This document shows, piece after piece, positions 21,201 through 34,050 of a stretch of 36,796 nt of DNA. The notes beneath the pieces were generated by a model that was given only the letters and a program-made list of their open reading frames with translations, did not search any database and was not told the origin of the DNA. The stretch spans positions 1-36,796 of the forward strand of contig JALJEE010000230.1 of assembly GCA_023231475.1 (NCBI GenBank), given 5' to 3'. The position numbers were made by a program, and so were the translations under genes. Origin of the DNA: Seison nebaliae. Its lineage: Eukaryota. Each line of letters opens with the position of its first letter. Position 1 is the first letter of the stretch.

Positions 21201-24200
21201 TGCAAGAAATATGAAGAGTTATGAAAATTAATAATCTTCATCGAAGATGTCCATCTCATCTCAATGAAAACCAGATGATGGAAACTAAATTCGATGATAT
21301 TTGATCCATTCATCCAATATATCAAGAAGCAAACTAACATAAGGACTCATTTCTGTGAGGAAGGATTGATAAATGGTTGTAAATTGATATGATAGACATT
21401 GATATGCAATCATGATTACCATATGGTTGGTTTCATTCAAGTTTAATTTTGAAAACTTTATGGATTTAACCAAAATGGAAAACAAATATCAGAAGAATGG
21501 ATCCATTTTTTATTATCCGAATGATTTGCACAATGACCAAAATAAACATCCGTTCCACGACTAGGGTATTTGGAATAGGAAACCAAAAGATGAATGGATA
21601 GTAGACAGGTTTTCCCTCAGATTTATTATGAATTAATTGATTGTTGTGTCTACAGGAAATCGAACGATCGATCGACCGATTGATCACTTTGTCAAATGAA
21701 CTAATTTGAGAGGAATAATATTGAAAAGAAAATGAATATTTTCCGCAGGAAATATCTTTAGGAGGAAAGAAAAACATTCGAAAATAATAATCACGAACAT
21801 AATTTAATTAGATAAACTTCCTTTATATTGCCCTCAATTGCCATCGACACATGCGCGATTAGCTGAATAAATATTGGTGCATATCGATATGTTTCTTCTA
21901 TTGAATTGTTTCGTTTCAAACCGTTCTCATTCATTTATTGAACGATAAAAACAAAAGGACTGGATTAAAATATCGGAGTTTGATTAAAATCTGAAATGGG
22001 AAAAGTTGTTTGGAAGTTTATCGTAAATCAAATCGTTTGTCGTTAATGGGAGAGACAAGTGAAAGAAAAATAAATAAATTTTTCAAATAAAATCTAAATG
22101 ATTTTAGCTTAAGTGAGAACTAAACGAACTACTCCAGAATGGAATGGAATAGAAATGTAGATTTAGTTCCTAGTCGGGGAGATGCAACTCCAGAACAAAC
22201 ATAAATATGCGATAAAAATTAGGGATGTTAATGTAGATTTGTTGTTGCATTAATAATTTATGGAAGATATTTATCAAACTAGAGTATACGTACTGTATCG
22301 CCCCCCAAACAAATGAAAAAGATTTCGAATGGCGATAAAATGTCAACAGGAGGTCCGAATGGGAAAAAGTAAAAAAATAAATATCTTCAAACCCGGAATC
22401 TCAATCTTCATCGATTGATGATCACTTTATTACAGTTCATCTATAAAGGAGAAATGGACAGATGAGGAGAACTATGTTCATCCATATCATCGACGATTCA
22501 TCTAGATGTCTTCAAGACATTTACCATTTCAAACTGATTTACCCTTTCAACTTCGTCTCGTCCCATCAGTTCCGTAAATGATTGAATCTTATTCATTTGT
22601 TTAGTGGAATGCAAATTCTTTCGGTTTTTCACAAAGGAATCTCCTAATGGAAATCATTACATTCTTGAAAAGAACCAAACCTCTCTCTCAGACAAAATAA
22701 CATAGTTCTTTGAACAACACTTTATCGACAAGAAAAAATTAGCGATTAGTTTTGGAATGACAATGATCTTCTAGATGCCGATGGCTAACGAGAGTGGAAT
22801 AACTCTATGTAAATGATTCGTGACAATTAAATGTTAAACTAGCCGCCGACCATATAGCCTATCGTGTAATAAATATTCGAATAAATGCAAATTGTGTGAA
22901 GTGTTTAGCATATTTCTCATATATATTATTTGAGCTAAATGTATCATGATAAATAGCAAGATATAAACTTTATTGATGTCTCTAATTGAAACGGGAAGAG
23001 TTGAGATTTGAGAGGGAAAACAACTTGGAAAAACGAGTTTTTTGGATTTTTCGTGAAACTATTTTATTTTTATTACCATTTTTAATGACACACTATAATC
23101 AGGAATCGTCTCCAATTTAATCACCACACACAAATAAGAATGAATAATGAAAATTCCGGACAGTTCAATTTGTAAATTAGATCTGTAAGGGGAATTGAAC
23201 GGTCTATTCAAATCATCTAAACAGATTGAAATTGATGAATAAATGTGAAAGATAAATAATATGGATAGAGTTAATGTCAGAAACGTTTAAATAAATCTTT
23301 CGTTGAAATGATCCTGACACTTGTCAGCGGCCAGACGTCGACTATACACATAATACACGGAAAAAAAATTGGTGAAATTTAACTGATACAGAACGAATGA
23401 CATTTCACACGTCAATGTTTATGACGACAATGTTAAACCGCAGAAAAAGAGTGTCTATGTTCAAAAAAGAAAAATCTTTTCAACTTTTCCCAATGAACAA
23501 ATAAACATAATGATTCTTCACTCCTTCTTCAGATAATATGTTCTCACCGGAACTTGTAGACGTATAGCACGTCTACATAAAAGAGCCATGAAGTGGATAA
23601 GAACCGACGAAAGAAATGATGAATTGCCTTCTTATCCGTCGGAGCCTTCACCATCCATTCTATCATTATGAATGATTTATTAGATCGGATGATATTGTGG
23701 TCAGTTCATACGATGTTCATTAATATAGTGATTAATGATTCATCTACTCCATCCTTGTGCATTTCAATTATTGACAAAAATTAATCATACCTCTCACAAA
23801 TTCCCTTCAATAAACAAATTATTTGTTAAACAAAAAAACGTTTTTTCTTCTCGTTCAAAATAGAGAGAAGTAATACACAATAAACATTCGTAAGTAAATC
23901 TGAAATAATGACCATTCTCACAATACTCATCAAACTATCGTACAACGTACAAATTAAGATTGATTGTACGATATAATTCGATCGACGATTCGTTCTTACT
24001 TCACGTTCTTTATTACGACATAAATGGGAGCGATAAGGTGTTGAAAATAAATATTATTTGTATGGTTGGATGCATTCGAATAAATGTATTAACATTATCT
24101 CCTATCGATTATGCAATTGAGAACATTAAAACTTCATCGATTAATTCTTTTGTGAGAAATCAACGAAAGTTAAAGAGAATTCCATAGGAACCAAATATAC

Positions 24201-25692
24201 ATATAATTCTCTCTTAATCTCTTCATTTGATTTAATGTCGAATTCAATATCGGCAAATGATGAAGTGGATAAAGACAGAACATTATTTAGAAGGAGATAA
24301 GGGATATTTTTTTCGAGTGAATTTTATGAGTTAAGAATGAAAACAAAAAAGAAAATAATGAGAAGATGAAACAGAAGATGATGGAATATAACAATAACTA
24401 AATCTATCTGCACATATGGTGCCAACAAAAAAAAGTTCTTTGCATTTAAAAAGGGAAATCCATTGAAGCGAATACATTTGTCCATTGGAGATAGGAATCG
24501 GAACAATCGACCAGAGCGACCATATATTAAATGGAAAAGATTGAAAGGAATAATGTGAAAGAAACCAATGCATAATAATGAGCTAGACGCGTTTGATGTC
24601 CACTTTTCTAATTGTAATTATGATACGAAACTTTTGTGCATTGAATGGGAATGATTTACACATCTGGTAGTTCTTTCAGATCAGAACTGAAACCAGTAAA
24701 TGATTTAAATGATGGAATAGTAAACATGATCAAATATATGTTTTCATTCTCTGACTATATTTGCTCTGACAAGCAAGACACACGTTCCAGTTTCCCATGA
24801 ATGATTCGATCTCAATTATCAGATGACAAGAATAAAAGGAAGAACTGCTTAATTTTACGAGAATTGGAGGTAGATATTTCAGGATTAACTCCGATTCCAA
24901 TTACTTCTTTTATCAGTGTCATATTTCTGTCAGATGTGATGAAGTGTGTGAATTCTAAATCTTTTGTCAGGAGGAGGAGAACTACAACTAGTGGAAAAGT
25001 AGAACTAAAGAGGAAAATAAATTGAATTGGAATAAAATCGAAAGTCGTGATGATTGAGGACCTTCGGTGGCAATAAAAAAGTTTTTTTAGCGATAAGCAT
25101 CGTCAACTGGTTGAAAGAAAGAAATGGTATTTCGTGAGAGAATGTCGTGAATAGTTTTTGAAAATGGAATTTGTTTTGACATACAATAATTACTATTGAT
25201 CGAATAATATTAGACCATAATCGTAGTTATTAGAGAAGAATTGTTGATGGAAAAGCGCAGTTAGCAAATTGGAAGAATGTATCAAGGTTCTTTCGTCTTA
25301 TCTGACCCATTAGCACCATATGCACAAATTGCATCGTTTGTTCCCCGATTCTTTCCTTCGTGTGAAGAGATAAGGAAAATAAGTTGAGAGGAAGGAAGGG
25401 AATCTTTTGATATTAAACTTTCTATTAATATTTACCATTGTCTGATTGAATTCCTTGCTAATCATACGTAATTTGTTGCATAATTCTCATACTCATTTGC
25501 ATGGAATGGAAGATGAATATGAAGTGAATTCCTACTAATTCATTACTCGTTTTTACGTGTTGTAGCGATATGGTAGGATTTCCTTCAATTTGTAGCACTT
25601 GACGAGAATAAAAGAAGAAAAAGCATATTTCCGGTGAGAAGGAACGATTAAGATTCTCGATATAATTTGTACTAAATCTCTTCCGTTTGCCT

Positions 25693-25720
25693 CCCTTCAA
25701 CCCAACCCAACCCAAATCCC
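25693..25720 (-). repeat. (CCCAA)3 repeat / G-quadruplex-forming motif on the minus strand
   Basis: Minus strand GGGATTTGGGTTGGGTTGGGTTGAAGGG has five G3 tracts with short loops. Confidence 0.6.
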
Positions 25721-28700
25721 ATCAAGGATAATGTAATTCAACTGTACTTATTATTTGGGATGGCTGGGGGAATTCCTTATAAATTATTTCATACACATGC
25801 ATCATTCATCTACTAATCTACTCAATCTACTCACAGGAACAATTACTAACATTCGACGACTCGTCAGAGATAATGTCGTAAGATTACACGAAATCAATTC
25901 AATTCATACGAACCTACAGAACCATATCAATAATTCTAATGTTATTCAAATAGTCATTATTATTGTATGATTATAATTCCTAGTCCTGTTAGGAATAAAA
26001 AGTCGTCAATAAAATGAGGAGAATGAATGAAGGAGAAGAAAGCAAATTCCTAAATTTGATTTCTCATAAAAATCATGTCTTATCATTCCTGTTGGATCTG
26101 ATTAAGCAATTTTCGTAATAAAAAATTTTCCTTGTTATTACCGAATTGTTCTTCGATTTCTCTTCCAGATATTTCGAAGATTTATTAGGAAAAAGGAAGA
26201 GGATTGTTGGAGAATGTCTCGAGTCCTCGTTATTCGTTTGTCGTTGGGAATGATACTTGAATGAATTGTAAAACAAAATCGTTTTCCAGTTCACTATCAA
26301 TTGAAGTAGGATAGAAATAAAAATGTAATATTTTCCTAATTCCTTCAAACATTTTGTGGTGGTGGGGTAATGGTGGTAGGTGTAGCATAAACACTACGTA
26401 CAAAGACATCTGTTCAATATGTAAATATTATATTTGTATTGGTGAAGGTCGAATTTGGTATAAATATCAACGACGCTTGTTCAACCACTCAAATCTAATT
26501 AAAAATATTGTTGTGATGAAGTTAAATCGATCGTGTTCGACTCCAAGCTCCAGTTACGCAATCGAAGAATTTAGATTCTGATATTAGGTCCCACTCCATA
26601 TGTTTCGGGTGTCGCCGTTTGGTTAAGTCGCATTTGTTCGTTTATCGCATGTTATTTAGTTGAGTGAAGGTTGATAAGAAAAATGAAGAAGAGACATTGG
26701 AGAGATGAGATTAATTATTAGAGAAACAAATATAATATAATTTTATAAAATTACATCATTTCCGCATAACGGAAGAAATTTAAACTTAATTATCTATTAA
26801 CTCGAAAAAGTCATTGATGAAATTGTAATTATCATACTATATTCCAATGAAAATTTCATATGAAGATTTACAATGTCATCATTTATCACCATCATCACTA
26901 AATTTCCAGAATTATTTATATAAAACGTAAATTATTTTCCCATTTTAAATTTTTATAAGAACACTTCTAGAAGAAACCATCAATATTGATAAGTTATTTA
27001 ACTATTACAGTAAACGAAAGATCGATCACAGATTATATATGATTATATTTTGATAAAGATTCTTAAGATTAATCTTCCATCGTCTTCCGTACCACAATAA
27101 ATATAGTTCTTTTAACAATCGATGATAATTGATTCATTTCGGGGATAATACGTGAATAACATAGTCATAAAAAGTAATTTCATAAGAAGAAGAAAAACTA
27201 ATAAATATTTTCATAAAATAAATCAACTTTCAATAAAAAATGATTCATTATAACTAAATCTATTTCCTCATCATCAACATTAGAAAATGTTCCGAATACA
27301 TCAGTTAAAATTTCTCTAATGCAAATTCTTTGGTGAATGAATAATGATGAGGTTGATATTTAAATCGAATTGACATATAGAATGTAGACACTAATCTTAA
27401 TGACCAATTCGGTTCTATCATTTACCTCGGTATTGGATGATGTCTAATTTATCATTTGGAGAAAGCCACCATATTGCAGGTACATGATGATGGAGTTATG
27501 GTTTGAAGAAGATGGATATTTAGTTCGTGCAGAAGTCATTATGTTTATTGGTGATTCATTTCTTTTTATACAAAAGTGAAATGATGTTTATAAATAAAAG
27601 AATATTTTGAGGAAAGAATTATTTTAAGTTTTTCTGGGTTTCCTATGAAGAAAGAGGACCACTTCTTATGAAAGGGAGTACGATGGTAACGATAATAACG
27701 GATATAATTTATTCAATAAGTATGGACGATTTCCTTTATTATTCCACAGGAATTATGATATGAGATTATCGTTTCTCATTCGGTTCATATTCAGGAAATA
27801 AACTGTTTGACCACAGTCCATACCGGATAATTCGAGTAGTAATTGATTATTGTCATTCGCCAAAAATGCAATTTAGACTTCTCGTCTCAGAATTGAGGAA
27901 GTGCATTTTTTTCAAATGATTCATTTCCAAATTAGACTACAATCCGTCGTGGATGATGGATATTTCTTATTCCATCCAATTGTTTACTCAAATACAATTA
28001 GACTAATTAGATAATGCCACTCAATAGAATACCGATATCCATTCGGAATATCAACGAAACATTTCGCTAATCTGCGGGAGAAGTGCAGAAATTCAATTAG
28101 CTAAGTAAATACTTATGGAATAGGTTTGGATTTACTTTGCATTAATGAATATGAAAATAAGAGAGTTTCACCATCATTTTCAATGGAGAAAGAATCGTTC
28201 TCTCGGAGAAATGTTGTTGTCGTTGGGAAGTGATTTGATGAGAATTTTGTTAGGGAATTTCTTGTCAAAAGTACAATTTGAAATATGAATATTCTTCCAA
28301 TTTATCATCCAACTGGTTCCTTTTACATTCATTCTCATAATACTACTCCTCATTAAAAGAAACGTGTCCATTAATTATTAATGTGAATTGGAAACAGATG
28401 GCATCATATCACGACCGTCTCATTGAACTTTGTATTTAATTCTAATCTTTCCCACAATTGCCCTTATGAATAATGACTGCATAATACGTATATGTATTGG
28501 AAGAATGAATTACATAAGAATTGTACTCTCCCATGAATGATGTTGTGGAGGAAGGGAAAGTTGCTCCTTCCATGGTTAAGAGGAAACGAATGAACCACTC
28601 AATTTGAGGCTCTCTGCTTGTCAAGTTCTAGCACAACCATCAATGAACTGCTTATTCCTCACACGGCTTGTAAATTACACAAGTGATATTAAAGAAGATA

Positions 28701-30204
28701 AAATCGGAAAAGGAAATCAGTTCCTGGTATATGAAGTACTCATATATCTTCATTTCATGTTCCTTATTCATTACGAAAGTTTTAATGTCAAAGATAATCG
28801 TCGATTCAATTGTTCCTGAACATATGTGGAATAATTCGAGCTATTCATTTCTCTCATAAGAACACAATACTGGAGCACAAAACCGAAGATAACTAACATT
28901 ACTTCTTCACCTCCATCATATAAAATGATATCTTTCCGATGTGAATTATATAATTCTTCCTTTACATAAAATAAACAATAGTGGAAATTACAGAAGTCTG
29001 ATTGAAAACAGATGAGCATCATCATCATCTTACATGAAATAAAAGGTAAATGTCTGTTGTTAATTAACAAGATATTTATCATAAATATTTCTGGAATTCG
29101 CTATAAGGAAGATATGGTTAGATGTCTTTACGTAAGATCCATTCTCATAAAAAACGTGGAACAACGATTCTTCTGATTGAGGATGAAACGGATGAAGATA
29201 AAAATCAAATGAAATTAATTTAATGAAAATAATTTATTCAAAATAATTTAAGGGAATTAATTTAAATGAAATAATTTGGTGTGATGAGATTGGTCAGACG
29301 AATAATGGAACATTTAAGAGAATCGGCATTCTTTTTACTATTTTTGAATAATTAGAAACTTATTTGATTATCAACATACCAGAAGAGAATATGGACAAGC
29401 AAAATGAAAATATTTGTTTGTTTGTTTGTGAAAGGAATGAATGAAGAATTAACACAATTAAAAACATCTTTGATCATTCCTTTACTCATGATATAGCAGC
29501 TGCTTCTATTATATAATCAATTGGACATTGGTATCGAAACGAGTGTTCATTGTACAATGAGAGTTGTGCAAACAACTTTTAAATGACTTGCTCGACCCAC
29601 TTTCTATTCAAACTTCCCAATTCTCATTTGATCAGTCTCGTAAAATAGAATAGTAATCGATGTATGTGACATGCAGAACACAACGAAATATTTTTGTTGA
29701 CGGTGAGGGGGAGTGACTTGATGAAGTGAATCATCTTTCATTGATCGATATTCAAAAAAGCATTATAAATTCGTTCGTTATTCGAATTTGATGATATAAG
29801 AATAATTAAACGGAACTTCTGGTGCACATGAGATAAATGTTAGTTTACGAGCATATTTATTATTAATTGTGAGGATAAACAATAAGGAGACGGAATGTTT
29901 ACTCCAGGGAAGATGGAGAATGAGGAAGAACGCTCCTCATCAGAAATTGTTAAGAAGGAAATTATTTTAATAGAAGTCATTCAGATAATTTCATCAATAA
30001 TATGAATATTCGTCTTCTCGTTTAATCGAAAGTTGAATGATAAATCTTCCCCAAATAAATCGTTTAGGATGAATGAATGGAACGAAGCGGTTAGTTGACG
30101 TACTTGGTTGAAATATGGAATTGTTCCATTCATTTTCTCTTAACTACCAAAGACGGAAGTGCAACGATTTAAATCAGTACAATTGTCGTAATAAGTAGTT
30201 ATAT

Positions 30205-30230
30205 TACTACTACCACTACTACTACTGCTA
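30205..30230. repeat. (TAC)n microsatellite
   Basis: tactactaccactactactactgcta. Confidence 0.75.
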
Positions 30231-31699
30231 TGTTTACCTGATAGGGAAAGTTTATAAATATTTTTTATATATTCATTTCGGTAGGAGAGAAGAAGAAGAA
30301 GAAGACAAAACAATATTCTCTTCCATATAATAACAAGTTTCAAGAAAGAAATTTATAAAGAAATAGAATTAATCGAAAGTTCCTCAAACAACTTCTTCCT
30401 TTCACTCCTTTCATTTTCCTTCCAAAACGGAAAGAAATCAACTGAAGTGATAAGTGACATCAAGAAAAGGATTGGTAAACCGTCAATAATTTTCACTTTT
30501 TTCACCTTCACGTCGGTAAGAAAGAAAAACAAATAAATAAACAAACAAATCATTTCTTCTTCCCCTTTTTGGAGGAGGTCGTCTTCAGTAAAATGAATTG
30601 AATGACGGACAAATAAATGAAACAGTTTTTCTGTGGTAAAACGAATCGTTCAGATAACAAATTCAGATGAGATTGAAGGATGAAGGTGAAGAGCAATATC
30701 AAAAGTCTCGATTGAAGAGCGGATCACTTTCTTTCTATAATTTATCCTTATCATTTATTTCACTCAAAATTAACGAGAGATGGACTTCAAATCGTGAATA
30801 TTGATGATGAGAACAACTTGATTTCCTTTCGACGAAAATTCCACTTCCCCTCATTTCTTATTCTTCCCATGAATCACTTGAGAGAAAAAGAATTTCCATT
30901 TTACAATGATTATTTTCTACATCAATTAGTTTCTTGCAATCGATGGGAAATCGTGAAAAATACTCATAATTATCCAAAAGATTATCTGATGTTGATTTTA
31001 TCAAATTCTTTCCGATGTTCAAAGAGAATAAATGTTGTTCATGGTCTCTCTTTTAGGTTAGGAACACCTGCCTTCTGTTGATACAGCTAATTATTATATT
31101 CACAATATCGCTATCGGTAAATTGATGTTTTAGTAAATGAAGAGATTAATGGACTCGAGAGGCTAATATAGAACTGCACTCACTTATAGTAATTGCTTTC
31201 GAATAAGGTGGAGAGGAGACAATCACTAGTCTATGTATTCTCAAGAGCGTACTTATCACAATGCAATTTCATTTCTCCCATATATTCAACTGCATCACTA
31301 AACAATTTCATTCATCATACTGGCTATTTGCTATTGACAGATACCAGAACCTTCAGCTCGAAACAATAACGACAATTTGTTAGTTGAAACTGATTTATTT
31401 GTCCATTCTTCATAATTTAGATAACTACATTTTTAATTATCTTAAACATTCTCATTAAAGTATTTATCGAATTAGTTTTCTACAATGAAAATCTCAATTG
31501 TCGCACAATAATTTGTACAGATAAATTCCGATTTAATTTATAAATTTTATATTTATTTCTATTCAGAAAAATAAGAGTCATCAAAATTTTAATGATAAAT
31601 GATCAAAATGATATTATTGTTTAAGTTTTCTGATATCTCTTCACCAATTGCATAATTTCCTTAATCCCATTCCATTAACCTACTAGGAATTAATCCTTT

Positions 31700-31850
31700 T
31701 AAAAACGACTAAATCAAACCTCAATCCAACATCCTTTCATTTCGACCACTCTTACCGCTTAATCAGCGCTAAAAAAATAAAAAATTTCAATAATAAATTA
31801 AATTTCGGAAACTTCCGTCATACCGCGCAGACCACGCTTCTTTACGGTCC
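31700..31850 (-). pseudogene. Degenerate tandem copy of the last two exons of the orphan locus
   Basis: Encodes WTVKKRGLRGMTE | R*LSGKSGRNERMLD* versus WTAKKRGMTE | ...SGRSGRNEKMLD* at 32050-32195. Same intron position (31769-31812, 44 nt, GTT donor); premature TGA. Confidence 0.7.
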
Positions 31851-32049
31851 ATTGTGCTCATTTATTCATTTCATCATCAATTGCTAAGCGACTCACTTTC
31901 TTCTCCACTTAACTGACATGAGTACATGACCGTTTAAAAAAGACCAAACACAATCTCAGCCCAATCTTTCTCATCGAAAAGTTAATGTAAATGAGCAATT
32001 GTGCTGTTCTTCTCCACTTAACTGAGTTAACAAAAGACGGAACCGAACC

Positions 32050-32726
32050 TCAGTCCAACATCTTCTCATTTCGACCACTTCTACCGCTTTCCGTTCGAAA
32101 GATGAAGGTTGACCAACCCTAAAAAGAAATATAAAATTTCAAAAAGAAAATAATTTTTCGAAAACTTCCGTCATACCGCGTTTCTTTGCAGTCCAGTATT
32201 GACGAAGGCGGTCAACCTTCTTTTTCACAATTGGGATACCTCCTTCCCTCGTCCACTCCTTTGCTTGAAATATTTATATTGAATAAAAATATTGAAATAT
32301 TGAATAAATTTGGAGATGTTCATTTTAACCTCAGCCACTTCCTTGGCAGTGATCTCTGAAGAAAGGCCTGAAAAAACAATAATTATAAATTATACTTCAG
32401 AATTAATAGAAAATTAATTCAAACTTATTCATCAGAGAAGGACTTGAGAGTCAACGGGGCCATCGACCTCCGCGACACTGATGAACGATAATTAATTATT
32501 TGTTTAAAAAAGTATAATAACTTCTCCGTATGGTGGTCGCCAGCCGTTTCCAAACAAGTTTTATCTTTTCTTCAAGAACAAATATTAGAATGTATTTTAA
32601 TAATATAATCTAACTTTTAGCATTATTCATATTCATGCTTGGATCTTTATCGACAAACTGTCGATAGGCTCTCTTGGAACGAACGACTCTGCGCGCAGTA
32701 TTTTCAGTGTGAATTTTGTTAGGCAT
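32050..32726 (-). pseudogene. Multi-exon orphan gene or pseudogene (about 6 small exons)
   Basis: GC-richer blocks 32726-32615, ~32569-32522, 32477-32425, 32367-32330, ~32258-32166 and 32118-32050 are separated by AT-rich GTT...AG introns (~44-71 nt). Translates as MPNKIHTENTARRVVRSKRAYRQFVDK..., then LSSEITAKEVAE|EWTREGGIPIVKKKVDRLRQYWTAKKRGMTE|GWSTFIFRTESGRSGRNEKMLD*. Exon 3 has a stop in all three frames. Confidence 0.6.
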
Positions 32727-32979
32727 CTTAATATAAGAAGATATAGGATTAATAAAATTAAAAGAAAAATTAGAAATAAACTTTCTGTTGAATGTTCAAC
32801 TGTTCAACATTGAACTAATTTCAAAATATCCATCTGTCGATAAATCAAATTGCATTTACAACTTTAAATTAAAAACTAAAACCATATGACTATATGATGG
32901 TGACGTCACTTTTATTGACCAATTTAATTGTTTCTTCAAAAAAGGGAAATTATAATATAATTTAATATTATTATCTAAC

Positions 32980-33074
32980 TTTTCGTGTTCCTCATCCTAT
33001 CGACAAATTGTCGATAGACCCTCTTGCTTTATTTTCATTTTTCCATTGTTTTCTGTATGGAATTTATTAGGCAT
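32980..33074 (-). pseudogene. Frameshifted duplicate of the orphan locus first exon
   Basis: MPNKFHTENNGK..., then in a shifted frame SKRVYRQFVDR. It has AG directly before ATG and the same AAAA|GTTAGA donor as the 32726-32615 exon. Confidence 0.7.
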
Positions 33075-34050
33075 CTGAGGAAAACAATAAACAGAAATAA
33101 TAAAATAGAAATATCAAAATAAAACTTTCAACAATTTAATAAATTTTCTTAATGAATAACTGTTTTATATTGTTCTTTCTATTGTAACGGTCAAAAATCG
33201 AATAATATTCTCAGTTCTTTTTAGTATAGAAGGAAGTTGAATCAAAATACAGAAATTTTTATAATTCTTCTGTTTCATTGTTAAGCTTAATAAGTTTATG
33301 ATTATAAATAAATTTTCAAAAGAATTTGAAATTAAATTGAAATTTGAAATTTTTAGAATAAATGAAATTTAATTATTCCCAACAAAACGACAGATTAGAA
33401 CATCCATTAACTTACGTTAAATATTTGCACATCAAATTTTTAGCCTGAAATTCTTGTTTTGAATTCGAATAATTCGGTTCAATCTGTTATTTTTCTCCGT
33501 AAGAATGATATCTAACACACTTTCTAACTTGTCATGAAGGAGATAGTTTACAGTATTCTTTATAATATTCTTTCCTCTATGGAGGATCGACAACTGCAGA
33601 TCCATTGTAATAAGTCGAGAAACGATGGGGATGATTAGAGTGATAAGAAAATCAAAATTAAAAAAGAATTTATAATAAAATTGTTTAAAATACTGAAATG
33701 TTAATATCTAATAAGATAATAATTGCTAATTTGATTTATTGCAAATAGAAGATATAACGAATTTGTACACAACGTTTAATATGTTAAGTTGTCGTCCATG
33801 ACTTATCGTTCATGACTAGTCGATTAATTTGGTTAATTATATCCATGATCAGGAGCATGACATAGGAATTATCAATATATTACTCTACTAATTTACATAA
33901 TAAATTACTAAATGGGATAACTGTGATCGAATGGAAATTACTTCACTAATAATTGTTACGTAATGTCATGCAGTGATTTATGTTAAATAAGAATATGAAA
34001 TTGAAATTTTAAGTAAAAATATAATAATCTTTCAAGGAAAGTTCGTCGAA

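Larger units (their letters stand above)
12946..31690. other. Gene-free tract (~18.7 kb) upstream of the lectin/CUB receptor
   Basis: Only short ORFs (103 aa or less) with no recognisable domains and no chain of mini-intron-linked exons; scattered microsatellites. Confidence 0.65.

Noticed and set aside
20940..30072. Identical 15-mer AATCGTTTAGGATGA at 20940 and 30058
   Set aside because: A few 15-mer matches are expected by chance in 37 kb of AT-rich DNA, and the flanks do not align.
13475..31081. Numerous 60-103 aa ORFs in the desert
   Set aside because: No domains, compositional bias of random AT-rich sequence, and many have non-ATG starts.
33430..33640. Coding-looking minus-strand stretch (...VNYLLHDKLESVLDIILTEKNNRLNR...)
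   Set aside because: Interrupted by stops, no recognisable motif, and not linkable to neighbouring exons.
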